From: Gemmatimonadota bacterium | GTDB taxonomy: Bacteria > Gemmatimonadota > Gemmatimonadetes > Gemmatimonadales > GWC2-71-9 | Length of the DNA: 64,000 nt | Direction of reading: 5' to 3' | Assembly (NCBI GenBank): GCA_039586365.1 | Contig: JBDHKN010000012.1 | Location: 1-64,000 of the forward strand | Part shown: positions 37,581 through 47,558 of the stretch, piece after piece | Layout of the letters: every line of letters begins with the position of its first letter | Numbering within the stretch: the first letter of the stretch is position 1 | Position numbers and translations under genes: made by a program | The notes under the pieces: generated by a model | Seen by the model: the letters and a program-made list of their open reading frames with translations, nothing else | The model's database searches: none | Told to the model about the DNA's origin: nothing

Positions 37581-38126
37581 TCAATACTTCGAGGCCAGGC
37601 CGATGTAACCGCCGTCATCGGCACGAACGATGTCGTCCTTGCTGACCGCGGCAGTCAGAGGCGCCCGTGACTGGCCGTCCTTCCCTATGCTGTAGAGATC
37701 GTATTCGGAATTGAGCGGTACCAGAAACCGGTCCTTTCTTGGTTCCCCTTGTCCCTTGCCATAGGCGTGGGGGTTGTAGACATACGGATTCCCCCAGGGG
37801 TCCAGCATCCCATCACGGCCGATCGCAGCCAGATCGGCCGGTAACGGATCGCTGGTTATCTCCGCCTGCAGCGCTCGTATGTCACCGATGGCACGAGCAA
37901 TCTTCGCTCTGTCTAAGGTCTCCTGAATGCGTGGCAGCCCTATCGAGGTGAGCGTACCGATGATAGCTAGGACGAGCAACAACTCGACGAGCGTAAACCC
38001 CCAACCCCACCGCACCCTGCATCGCAGGTGCAGTTGACCAAGCCGCCGGAGGGCCCCGTTCTGACGGAAACACCGGTCAAAGTTCAGCAGGCGGGTCCTA
38101 GTGCGTTTCGCTGCAACTTTGGTCAA
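37581..38126 (-). CDS. Type IV pilin/pseudopilin-like protein (prepilin cleavage/methylation motif, GspG-like C-terminus)
   Basis: G|FTLVELLLVLAIIGTL with E5; DPWGNPYVY; YDLYSIGKDG; DDI. Confidence 0.88.
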   Translation of the reverse strand: MTKVAAKRTRTRLLNFDRCFRQNGALRRLGQLHLRCRVRWGWGFTLVELLLVLAIIGTLTSIGLPRIQETLDRAKIARAIGDIRALQAEITSDPLPADLAAIGRDGMLDPWGNPYVYNPHAYGKGQGEPRKDRFLVPLNSEYDLYSIGKDGQSRAPLTAAVSKDDIVRADDGGYIGLASKY

Positions 38127-38181
38127 GGACTACCTTCTCTGGAGCAATGGGCTGCCGGCCTGTGAAACCCCAAGTCATTTG

Positions 38182-38227
38182 AGCAACATTCGCACCAACA
38201 TCTAACGCGTTGTTTTGCAACAAGTTA
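38182..38227 (-). promoter_or_regulatory. sigma54-type promoter with adjacent IHF-like inverted repeat
   Basis: Minus strand TTGGTGCGAATGTTGCT (GG-N10-GC, 38198-38182); TAACgcgTTGTT-ttgc-AACAAGTTA at 38203-38227. Confidence 0.6.
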
Positions 38228-38612
38228 CGTTGTCGTACTCCGCCAAGAACGGCGGGCAAGGCGCGAAAGGGTATGCAGCTTGCGACTTGCCGGTCATGGT
38301 CCGGCAGTCGCCTGGTTGTCGATTTCAGGTCACATCGCCGCCTTGCACGCTGTAGGTCCCGACTCGCTCAGCGATCACGCTCCCCAAAAGCCGCTTGCTC
38401 GCGGCTTTCCCGCCCACAATGCGCATACCGCATCATGTTGCAGGATGCGGCGATCAGAACCCGTGATCCCTGTCACACAGCCCGTAGGTCCTCACGCAGC
38501 AAGTAGTTCTCACATCCTGATCCGCCGATTCGTTGTGGTATGCGTTTTGCGCTCTGTGGTAGTGAAGCCGCCGGTTAGACGCATGACCGAACTGAGGTTC
38601 AAGAGGTCCATC

Positions 38613-38879
38613 ATGACAGACGACGATCGTTGGTATGCGCGGCGCCTACCAGTCGACTTCATAACCAGGAGCGGTGACTCCTTTACGCGTGTTTCAGCGA
38701 TCGTCACCGAAAACTGGTGGCAGTACGAGGGCAGTGCTCGCACCGAATTGATTGAATTGCTGCTGCCGGTTCTCGATCGGGTCAAGTCTAACGCGGACAT
38801 AACTGAAGAGCTGCGGAGCGAGTGCGAACGGACGGTAGCCACTTGGATCACCGGCTTGGTGACCGTGGGTAGGGCCTAG
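38613..38879 (+). CDS. Small hypothetical protein (88 aa)
   Basis: AGAGG SD, protein-like composition (MTDDDRWYARRLPVDF...), followed by a hairpin. Confidence 0.5.
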   Translation: MTDDDRWYARRLPVDFITRSGDSFTRVSAIVTENWWQYEGSARTELIELLLPVLDRVKSNADITEELRSECERTVATWITGLVTVGRA

Positions 38880-38917
38880 CGCCGTCTTTGTCTGGCGGAG
38901 TGTCAAGAGCTGCAGCA

Positions 38918-38944
38918 CAAGGGGCGGGATCTTCCCGCCCCTTG
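38918..38944. terminator. Hairpin between convergent genes
   Basis: CAAGGGGCGGGA-tct-TCCCGCCCCTTG, perfect 12-bp stem. Confidence 0.6.
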
Positions 38945-38980
38945 CTGTGGAGAAAGAAACAGAGAGTGCCAATCACACCG

Positions 38981-41461
38981 TCATATGCCTGCTTCACTCA
39001 CATCGGCTGCAGCTGGTTGTGCCTGCTTCACGTAGCGGTCGAGCCACTGCTCCATCTCCCACAGCATATGTAGGATCGATTCCCGCGCGCTATAGCCGTG
39101 ACTCTCGTACGGCAACATCACCAGTCGCGCGGTCTTGCCCATTCCCTTGAGCGCGTGATAGTAGCGCTCACTCTGGATCGGGAAGGTGCCCGAATTGTTG
39201 TCCATCTCACCGTGAATCAGAAGTATCGGCTCGTTCATCTTGTCGGCGTTCATGAACGGCGACATGGTGAAATACACCTCGGGCGCCTCCCAGAAGGTGC
39301 GTTCTTCGGCTTGGAATCCGAATGGCGTGAGCGAGCGGTTGTACGCGCCACTGCGAGCGATTCCAGCCGAGAATAAGTCTGAGTGCGTGAGTAGATTGCC
39401 CGTCATGAAGGCGCCGTAAGAGTGCCCGCCGATCCCGATGCGGCCGCGCTCCGCAACGCCGCGGCGAACTACCTCATCCACCGCCGCCTCTGCGCTCGCT
39501 ACCAGTTGCTCGACATAGCTGTCGTTAGGTTCGGCTTCTCCCTCGCCGATGATCGGCATGGTCGGCCCGTCGAGCACCCCATATCCCAGTGTCAGCCACA
39601 GCGGCGTCGACCAGCCGCTCAGGCGGGTGAAGCGGTAGGGCGACCCAGCCACCTGGCTCGCTGCATCCGCACTCTTGAATTCCCGCGGATATGCCCACAT
39701 GAGCATCGGTAGCGGGCCATCGCGTTGCGCGTCATATCCGGGCGGCAAGTAGAGCGTTCCCGAGAGTTCCACACCGTCGGATCGCGGGTAGGTTATCAGT
39801 TCCTTCTGCATCCCTGCGAGCTGCGGGGTGGGATCGGGGAAGAACGTGATCTGTCGCAGGTCGCCGCTCCGGAGGTCGCGCACGAAGTAGTTGGGGGGAT
39901 CCTGTTGCGATTCGCGGCGCACCAGAATGTAGCGGCCCCGCTCGTCCAGCATTTCGACCGGCTGTTCGTAGTAGGGGGCTTCCGACCGGAACAGTCGCTC
40001 GCTTTGCTTGTTGCGCAGGTCGAACTTGTCGATGAACGGCTGATCGCCTTCCGGAGATGCACCTGGGCCGCTCAAGAACAGCGAGCGACCGCCGTCGGCC
40101 GTGAGCAGGACGTACTGTCCCATGTCGTTCTGCTGCATCATGGGGTAGCCTGGATCGTTGTAGCGATCTTCGTACGAGCGCTCGAACAACAGGTCAGGCT
40201 CGGATCCCGGCCTGCCGGGTCGTACAATCCACGTGCGCATTTGCCGGGTGCGCCACCACATCTCTGCCACGATGGCGAGATCGTCTGTGCCCCATGACAT
40301 GCCGGCAAGGCGGTAGCCGAGGGTGACGAGCGGCTGTGGTTCACCATCGAAGGGAGAGGGGTGCTGCATTACGAGATCCCGCTCTTCCGCCTGCCTACCA
40401 GCGTCCCCACCATCGAGCGCCTCGACCCAGCTGAGAGTCGCCGGCTTGTCTCCGCGCCAGGAAACGTTGCGCGGGCCGGTGGGCACACTACCGAATGCCA
40501 CAGGCACTTCTTCTTGCAGTGGCAGGTCCGCGACCAGATGAACCGGGGCCCCCGTTAGGTCGATCACCTCGACGCGTGTCGGGAAGCTGTAGTAGGGGAC
40601 TAAGTAGGAAAACGGTCGGTGAATCGTCTCGACCAGGATGTACTCCCCGTTCGGTGACGGTGTGAAGTCGGCGATGATGCCGGGCTCGCCGAGCTGCTCA
40701 AGCACTCCGTCGATAGTGATCGTGGCCAACTGCGCAGTCGCGTAGTACTGGAACAGGGACTCGTCGTAGGCGTCTTGCAGCAGATCCTGGTAGGTGCGGG
40801 CGGGTGCCGTCTTGTCGATGTTCTCCTGGATGGTCGGCCCCGCCGGCACGCTCGGTCGCTCCGGTGCAGGCCCGCGCGACTCGGGCACTAGAGCGACGAG
40901 TAGCGTTCTACTGTCGGCTACCCACACGGGGCCCCCGGCCAGGGTAGTGTTGATCGCGGGCTCGATCAATTCCACCGCCCGAGCCGTCTGGACGTTGACT
41001 ACCCAGAGCCCAATACCGTGGTCGGTAGTGTTGGTGAACGAGATCCAGCTTCCGTCCGGCGACCACCGCACGTACTCGATGCGCGGGTCAGCGGGCAGGC
41101 CGGAGATCGGCCGTTCCTCCAGATCGTCGATCCGAACCAGCTTCAAGCCGTTGGATGGGCTGGTACGGCTGCGGCCGTTGGTCTGCGGTGACAGGCGCAA
41201 CCCGGCAATGCGGAGTTCCGGTTCGGCCAGCTCAGAGATCGGTGGCAGGCTGGGTCGCTCCAGCAGGAGCATCCACTCGTTGTTCGGGCTCAGGCTCACC
41301 CCCGGCGTTGGTGGCGCATCGATGATGTCCACGAGCACTTGGGCTGGAGTGCGGTACTCGTTCGCTGGCCTTTGGGCGTGGCTTTGTGTCGCCAGGACTG
41401 AGAACGCGCACGCCAAGGCAGCCGAAACCGATGATCGGATTGTCACTCTGATGCGAGACAT
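38981..41461 (-). CDS. Secreted S9 (prolyl oligopeptidase family) peptidase
   Basis: Signal peptide ending SHA-Q; beta-propeller region; GGHSYGA, HGEMDNNSGT, ESHGY. Confidence 0.9.
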   Translation of the reverse strand: MSRIRVTIRSSVSAALACAFSVLATQSHAQRPANEYRTPAQVLVDIIDAPPTPGVSLSPNNEWMLLLERPSLPPISELAEPELRIAGLRLSPQTNGRSRTSPSNGLKLVRIDDLEERPISGLPADPRIEYVRWSPDGSWISFTNTTDHGIGLWVVNVQTARAVELIEPAINTTLAGGPVWVADSRTLLVALVPESRGPAPERPSVPAGPTIQENIDKTAPARTYQDLLQDAYDESLFQYYATAQLATITIDGVLEQLGEPGIIADFTPSPNGEYILVETIHRPFSYLVPYYSFPTRVEVIDLTGAPVHLVADLPLQEEVPVAFGSVPTGPRNVSWRGDKPATLSWVEALDGGDAGRQAEERDLVMQHPSPFDGEPQPLVTLGYRLAGMSWGTDDLAIVAEMWWRTRQMRTWIVRPGRPGSEPDLLFERSYEDRYNDPGYPMMQQNDMGQYVLLTADGGRSLFLSGPGASPEGDQPFIDKFDLRNKQSERLFRSEAPYYEQPVEMLDERGRYILVRRESQQDPPNYFVRDLRSGDLRQITFFPDPTPQLAGMQKELITYPRSDGVELSGTLYLPPGYDAQRDGPLPMLMWAYPREFKSADAASQVAGSPYRFTRLSGWSTPLWLTLGYGVLDGPTMPIIGEGEAEPNDSYVEQLVASAEAAVDEVVRRGVAERGRIGIGGHSYGAFMTGNLLTHSDLFSAGIARSGAYNRSLTPFGFQAEERTFWEAPEVYFTMSPFMNADKMNEPILLIHGEMDNNSGTFPIQSERYYHALKGMGKTARLVMLPYESHGYSARESILHMLWEMEQWLDRYVKQAQPAAADVSEAGI

Positions 41462-41954
41462 GGTTCCCTCCCTGCGGTTTTCGGGCGTGTGTGCTGCCAG
41501 CACGTAGAATAAGCGCGGGGCACGGTGCTATCCAGAGGATGGCCAGAGACGCCGACACTCAACTACCCGGGTCAGTGGTGGCCTTGACGAAACACAGAGA
41601 TAGACTTCGAGTACGTTCGCTGCTGCTCACCTGAGCTTCGCCGCGGCCGATTCGCAACTGGAAGCTGGCAAACGGCTGGAATGGGGCGCTCGGCCCGGGC
41701 TTCACGAGGCTGCTGAACCTTGGAGGAACTCAGACTGATCCGTCACGGCTGCAGCAACATCCGGGTCATGGAGTTCCCGTGCCTGGTGCGTCGGCAATCA
41801 GGGATCCATGCCGATCAACGGCTCGATGCATGAGGCGATGTGGTAGATCGTCGAACGACCGTTAACCGCAGGAGCTGCACGCAAGCGACCTTGCTGGCAC
41901 CGCACAGCACCACCGAATACGTTTCCTGATCGCACCCCTGACCAGAAGGTTTCT

Positions 41955-44447
41955 ATGACGCTATCTCGCCGCGCAGCCCTCAAGATGGGTCTGGGATTCG
42001 GAGCGACACCACTGCTGGTCCGCTGGCCGGTCGATCGACAGCAATCGGATCACGAGTCGGGCACCTTCGAGAAGCAGGTGCTCCAGGCCCGACCCCTGCC
42101 GCTGAGCAGTGTCCGATTGCTCGGCGGACCGCTCAAGCGCGCCCAGGACTTGAACGCCCGGTACCTGCTGCAGCTCGAGCCCGACCGGATGTTGGCGTTC
42201 TACCACGAGCGGGCCGGGCTTCAGCCCAAGGCGGAACCATATGGCGGATGGGATGGTGACGGCAGGAATCTCACGGGGCACATCGGCGGTCACTACCTGT
42301 CTGCCGTGAGCTTAATGTGGGCAGCAACCGGGGATGAGCGCTTCAAGCAACGTGCGGACTACATCGTCCGGGAACTGCAGGAAGTGCAGGACGAACACGG
42401 CGACGGTTACCTCAGTGCTCTGGAGGGAGGCCGGGAGGCCTTCGGCGCACTCGCGCGAGGCGACATCCGCTCGGCCGCCTTTGACTTGAACGGTGAGTGG
42501 TCGCCGTGGTACACCCTGCACAAGACCTACGCGGGGTTAAGGGACGCCTATCGGTACACTGGCAGCCGCACAGCGCTGGATGTCGAGATCAAGTTCGCCG
42601 AGTGGGCGGAGGGGATCCTCGCAGGGCTCGACGACCGCCAGATCCAGCAGATGCTGAACACCGAGTTCGGTGGCATGAACGAGGTGTTGATCGATCTCTA
42701 CGCCGACACCGGTGACGATCGTTGGCTGGATCTCTCTCACAGGTTCGAGCACATCGCTTTCATTCAGCCGCTGCAGCGCCACCAGGACAACCTCGCCGGC
42801 AAGCACGGCAATACTCAGGTCCCCAAGCTGATTGGCTCGGCGGATCGCTTCGCCTACACCGGCAACCCCGCTGACCTAATGGCCGCGAGTTTCTTCTGGG
42901 ACAGGGTGGTCCAGCACCACAGCTTTGCCACTGGCGGCCACGGCAAAGACGAGTACTTCGGCCCGCCAGATCGGTTGAGCGAGCGCATCGACGGTCGGAC
43001 GGCGGAAACGTGCAACGTCTACAATATGCTCAAGCTGACGCGACGCATGTTCAGCCTGCGACCCGACGCTCACTACGCCGACTTCCATGAACGGGCCTTA
43101 TTCAATCACATCATGGCGTCCATCGATCCGGAGGACGGCCGGACCTGCTACATGGTTCCGGTGGGCCGGGGCGTACAGCACGAATACCAGAACATGATGC
43201 GCAGCTTCACTTGCTGCGTGGGATCCGGCATGGAGAGTCACGCCCTGCATGGGGATGGCATCTATTACGAATCCGGCGATCGACTGTGGGTCAATCTCTA
43301 CGCGCCCTCGACGGCCGAATGGTCCGGTGCCGGTGTACGCCTCGCCGTGGACACGATCTTCCCGGAAGGCGAGACGGCGGCGCTCGCGTTGACCCTCCAA
43401 GAGCCAAGGGAGTTCGCGCTGGCGCTGCGGCGCCCCTACTGGGCTGGCGACGGCTTCTCGGTGAGGGTTAACGGGCAACTGGTGAGCGAAGCTGTCGTAC
43501 GAGCGGAGGGAGCCGGCGACAGCGAGGGGGGCCGCCGCTACTACGACTGGCCCTACGTAGCCAGCTCTTTCGTTGAACTCAGGCGCACGTGGAGAAGTGG
43601 TGACACTGTGGAGGTCACGCTGCCCAAGTCGCTCAGGCTGGAGCCCGTGCCCGACAACCCGCGGCGCGTTTCAATCATGTGGGGACCGCTGGTGCTGGCG
43701 GGCGACCTGGGGTTGGAAAGGGCGAGGGGAAGTGTGGAAGGTGAGGGCACTGAGCCGCCAGCGAAGGTGCCGATATTCGTGGCGGCCGAGCAGGAGGTGT
43801 CGTCGTGGCTCAGGCCCACTGGTGATACACCGGGTCGGTTCCGTACCGACGGCGTAGGTCGGGAGCCCGACGCCGTAGGGCGGCCGCAGGACGTTACCTT
43901 CGTCCCGTTCTACCGCCTGCACCGACGGACGTACTCCACATACTGGGATCTATTTACCCCGGCTGAATGGGAGGAGCAGCGCGCCACGTATGCTGCCGAG
44001 GCGGAACGGCGGCGCAGGATCGAGGCGGCCACGGTGGCCTACCTCGAGCCCGGCGAGACCGTGTTCGAACGCGAGTTCAACTATCAGGGTGGTGACGACA
44101 CCAGACCGCAGAGGATGTTGGGTCGTCCGGGGCGGAGGGGTGGGAGTTGGTTCTCCTATGACGTGCCTGTGGATCCGGCCCACCCCATGACCATGATCCT
44201 GACCTACTACAGCGGTGACCGGAGAGGCACGCCCGCCGAGTTCGAGATCCTGATCGACGGCCGAAGAGTGGCCGAGCAGGAACAGCGGCTGACTGAACCG
44301 CCGCGCTTCTTCGATGTCGAGTATCCCCTGCCCGCAGAGCTGGTCGGAGGCAAGGACAAGGTGACGGTCCGATTCCAGGCCAAGCAAGGCAGCCAGATAG
44401 CCACGGTGTTCGGTCTGCGAATGATTCGCGCCGACGCGGAACGGTAG
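41955..44447 (+). CDS. Tat-exported beta-L-arabinofuranosidase-like glycoside hydrolase (GH127/GH146 clan; motifs more GH146-like)
   Basis: SRRAALK Tat motif; GHIGGHYLSA, EFGGMNE, HGNTQVPK, ETCNVYNMLKL, FTCCVGSGMESH. Confidence 0.88.
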   Translation: MTLSRRAALKMGLGFGATPLLVRWPVDRQQSDHESGTFEKQVLQARPLPLSSVRLLGGPLKRAQDLNARYLLQLEPDRMLAFYHERAGLQPKAEPYGGWDGDGRNLTGHIGGHYLSAVSLMWAATGDERFKQRADYIVRELQEVQDEHGDGYLSALEGGREAFGALARGDIRSAAFDLNGEWSPWYTLHKTYAGLRDAYRYTGSRTALDVEIKFAEWAEGILAGLDDRQIQQMLNTEFGGMNEVLIDLYADTGDDRWLDLSHRFEHIAFIQPLQRHQDNLAGKHGNTQVPKLIGSADRFAYTGNPADLMAASFFWDRVVQHHSFATGGHGKDEYFGPPDRLSERIDGRTAETCNVYNMLKLTRRMFSLRPDAHYADFHERALFNHIMASIDPEDGRTCYMVPVGRGVQHEYQNMMRSFTCCVGSGMESHALHGDGIYYESGDRLWVNLYAPSTAEWSGAGVRLAVDTIFPEGETAALALTLQEPREFALALRRPYWAGDGFSVRVNGQLVSEAVVRAEGAGDSEGGRRYYDWPYVASSFVELRRTWRSGDTVEVTLPKSLRLEPVPDNPRRVSIMWGPLVLAGDLGLERARGSVEGEGTEPPAKVPIFVAAEQEVSSWLRPTGDTPGRFRTDGVGREPDAVGRPQDVTFVPFYRLHRRTYSTYWDLFTPAEWEEQRATYAAEAERRRRIEAATVAYLEPGETVFEREFNYQGGDDTRPQRMLGRPGRRGGSWFSYDVPVDPAHPMTMILTYYSGDRRGTPAEFEILIDGRRVAEQEQRLTEPPRFFDVEYPLPAELVGGKDKVTVRFQAKQGSQIATVFGLRMIRADAER

Positions 44448-44450
44448 TCG

Positions 44451-47213
44451 CTACGCTCCCGGGCGGAGCAGCACCTGCGTGGCTCCGCTGCTCAAGGGAA
44501 TCACGTAGGCGCCACGCTCCAGAGTAAATGCATCCGTGGGCACGAAGGAGCCCACGCCTTCGACTGCTGCAGGTTGCTCGATGCGCAGGCGCGCATTCGG
44601 GGTATGAGGCGCGGCGGGCGCAAGCGTCACGCGTACCGAATCGCCGGAGATCTCCGCGCTATGGAAAGCGCCCGCATCCAGTGTAAGCCACAGGCCCAGA
44701 GGGGTCACGTATATCCGAGAGCGGCCTGAGTCCAATGGCCTCACACGAACAGACTCGCCGTCGACGGTGAGGTTGCCACCAAACGCCAGCCAACCGAATT
44801 CGGAGTCGTAGGCGATGTAGGTGCCCGTACTGACGGCGTGACCGAAGAAGCCGGGGCCGTAGTCACCCGAGTAGCCGTCAATCTTCAGCGTCGAGGGATA
44901 GGCGTGGAACCCGCTCGGGCCGAAACCCTCTTGCGTCACGTTCGCGATCGCGCCCATCAAGCCGCCGTAACCGACCCGTAGCAGGTAGAGGTCGTCGGGG
45001 TGATCGCGAAACTCCGCCAGCACCGGAATCGCATTGAGACCCGAGCCGTAGTGGTGCAGTTGACGCTCGAGGCGCCTCAGCTTTCCGGCGTACATGAAAT
45101 CCCAGTAACGGCGAGCGCTACCGTTGTAGCCCCAGTGGGGCACCGTCGGCATGTAGCCCAGGATCGCGTTGAGCGTGACCAACGCCTTCTCGTCGTAGCC
45201 GAAGTACCTACACCAGGCGTACACCTCTTCCTGACCGGTCGAGTCCCACGGCATCTCGCTGCCGAAGGGATAGCCCAGCGAGCGCCACACCGCGGCGCGC
45301 CGCTTCATCGTGGCTTCAAGCGAGGCGGCCTGCTCAGTCCAGCCTTCACGCTGCAGGTCGAGCAGGATCAGTAGAAAGATCGTTCCCTCCATCTGGCCGA
45401 ACTGGGAGTGGTGCACCGCATACCGCACCATCGCTTCCCCGGTCCGATACGCCCGCTCGAGATACCAGTCCCATTCGTGATTGGTGACCAGCCCCTCGTA
45501 GTTGCGCGCCAGGTGGTATAGCACCCAATATGCGGCCGCAACGTGTGGGTAGTTGTAGGAGCGGCCTACCGTCATCGCGTGCTCCTTGTTCCAACTCGAC
45601 CACCCACCGTAACGCACACTGTCGCTGTAGGTGCCTCGTGGCATCGAGTCCGGTTCGTAGTAGAACAGGCTCTTGCGCACCCCGTACATCAGCTGGCCCT
45701 CGTCGTATTGCAGGCCACCCCACAGCACGCCGTCGACAAACCGCTGGATCTTGTCGAGTTCCGCCGGCTCCGGCTGCATCAGCTGCTTCATGACTGCCGC
45801 CAGCCACGAGCCAGAACCGCCCTCGTCGCCCAGGCCGGCGATCCAGGCGCGGTTGTCTTCGGTCACCTGGCGTCGGCCGTCGTAGTCGTAACTGATGATG
45901 GAAGGGCTGCGGCCGAATGGGTCGTCGGGGTGCTCGAACCACTGCTCAGTCGTGAGAAAGCGTGCGACGTCAGCGACGAGCTCGACTTGGGGCTTGATGA
46001 CTTTGTAGTGGATGGTCTGCACCATGCCGTCTTCGTAGCTGGCAGTGAGCCGCGCGCGGCCCCACAGCAGACCGCTCACATCATAACTTTGCCAGCCATG
46101 CTCGGTCGTTCCGGTGGCCGCGATCTTGAGGGCGCCGGCGGGTTCGACGGCGAACGACTGGACTGGTTCGGAATGCTTGAGAAACAGCCGGCCCTTGAGA
46201 TCCATCGGTAGCACGTAACCGGGCACGCCGATCGCCACGGGTCGGCCGTTGGCTAGGAGCGTCGCTTCGATGTCGCGGATCGCTTCCGCCACGAGAAACC
46301 GCACTCCGTAAGACCGTGTCTCTGACGGTGCCAGCACTACCGAAGTCGGCGGGTTCCACGGTTCGGCATCGCCCCACTCGGCGTCGGCGTACGCTTTGCT
46401 GTGCACCGTCCACTCGTAGAACCCCTCGAACGTAGTGCTGCGCCGAGTCGGGTCGGAGAGCAGCGGGTTGTACGCCTCGAAGGGCGTGTCACCACGCGGC
46501 ACCACGACTAGTGCCGGCCCGTGGCCGTTCAACCGTGTGACTTGGAGGTACCCGGCGTCTCGGCCGATGTACGGGTCGTAGAACGAGCTGGCGGCGTGAG
46601 CTTCGTCGAGCGATCTGCCCTCGAGGATGTTGTTGAACACCATCGGGATACCGAGTGCACCGATCTCGACCGGCCGGTGGGTCCTGTTACGCAGCTCAAA
46701 CCGGAGCGCGAGGTTGTCACCATCGCGTTCCCAGTAGCGATGAACTTGCAGCGGTATGTCGAGCGGCAGTGTTGCGGCTAGGTCGGCGGCGGCCAGCACT
46801 GGAGCCGATACAGTGAGTGCTTCCACCGGTGCTCGGGCGTCCGCAGTCGAAGCGTGTTGCCAATCTCCCGATGCGTTCGTGCGCCACCGTAAGTTGAGAT
46901 CACCAAGGTGAAAGAAGCCGTTCCCGTCTCGCCGCTCGAGCCAATCGGCGGGCGTGAAGTCGAACTCAGCGGCGCCCTTGGGCTTCAGGGCGGCGATGGT
47001 CTGCGATGCAGCCACCAGCTCGACACCGATGGTGGGCATCTCGAAGCTCAAGATGCCGTGTTCCAGGCCGAGGGTCGGTAAAGTGTCGGCCTCGTCGCGG
47101 CGGGGGCGACGCTCGCCCTGTGCGGTGGCCCGGCCAGGGAGGATCATAGCGATGATCAGCAGGAGTGAGCACGCGGGCTGGGCTGGTGCATAGCAACTGC
47201 GGCGACAGACCAT
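44451..47213 (-). CDS. Secreted DUF5695-like putative glycoside hydrolase
   Basis: ATG 47213 after GGAGG; signal peptide; RSYNYPHV, GSEMPWDSTGQEE, PHWGYNGSARRYWDF, ERQLHHYGSGLNA. Confidence 0.75.
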   Translation of the reverse strand: MVCRRSCYAPAQPACSLLLIIAMILPGRATAQGERRPRRDEADTLPTLGLEHGILSFEMPTIGVELVAASQTIAALKPKGAAEFDFTPADWLERRDGNGFFHLGDLNLRWRTNASGDWQHASTADARAPVEALTVSAPVLAAADLAATLPLDIPLQVHRYWERDGDNLALRFELRNRTHRPVEIGALGIPMVFNNILEGRSLDEAHAASSFYDPYIGRDAGYLQVTRLNGHGPALVVVPRGDTPFEAYNPLLSDPTRRSTTFEGFYEWTVHSKAYADAEWGDAEPWNPPTSVVLAPSETRSYGVRFLVAEAIRDIEATLLANGRPVAIGVPGYVLPMDLKGRLFLKHSEPVQSFAVEPAGALKIAATGTTEHGWQSYDVSGLLWGRARLTASYEDGMVQTIHYKVIKPQVELVADVARFLTTEQWFEHPDDPFGRSPSIISYDYDGRRQVTEDNRAWIAGLGDEGGSGSWLAAVMKQLMQPEPAELDKIQRFVDGVLWGGLQYDEGQLMYGVRKSLFYYEPDSMPRGTYSDSVRYGGWSSWNKEHAMTVGRSYNYPHVAAAYWVLYHLARNYEGLVTNHEWDWYLERAYRTGEAMVRYAVHHSQFGQMEGTIFLLILLDLQREGWTEQAASLEATMKRRAAVWRSLGYPFGSEMPWDSTGQEEVYAWCRYFGYDEKALVTLNAILGYMPTVPHWGYNGSARRYWDFMYAGKLRRLERQLHHYGSGLNAIPVLAEFRDHPDDLYLLRVGYGGLMGAIANVTQEGFGPSGFHAYPSTLKIDGYSGDYGPGFFGHAVSTGTYIAYDSEFGWLAFGGNLTVDGESVRVRPLDSGRSRIYVTPLGLWLTLDAGAFHSAEISGDSVRVTLAPAAPHTPNARLRIEQPAAVEGVGSFVPTDAFTLERGAYVIPLSSGATQVLLRPGA

Positions 47214-47400
47214 AGTTGTCCTCCGGAGCGGTTGAGCGGGCCGGTCGCGCCTGGCGTCCGGCTGACCGAAAAGATGGCCGAACCGCCCTGTTGCGGCGAG
47301 GGGCCGCATACCGGTTTGCTGCTCTACGGGCAGGGTGGGATATTGGCGCGTGAGTTCCGGCATCGAGGACTCATGGTAACAAGCGGCTCGAGGCGACACG

Positions 47401-47558
47401 ATGAACAGCTTCACGAGACGAGACTTTGTCACTCCGACCATCACAGGTGTGCCGCCCTGATCGGTGAGTCGCGCGGCCCTACCGGCGGCCGGCGGACCTC
47501 ATGGCTCGCCGACTCGCGCACCGACGCTGCTCCTTGTGCTACTAGATTCACCCGGTGA
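47401..47558 (+). pseudogene. Orphan Tat-signal remnant of a lost gene
   Basis: GAGG SD, then ATG 47401 MNSFTRRDFVTPTITGVPP-stop (47460); a shifted frame continues AALIGES... Confidence 0.45.

Noticed and set aside
47214..47444. 77-aa N-terminal extension of the DUF5695-like ORF
   Set aside because: A GGAGG SD and signal peptide support the start at 47213.
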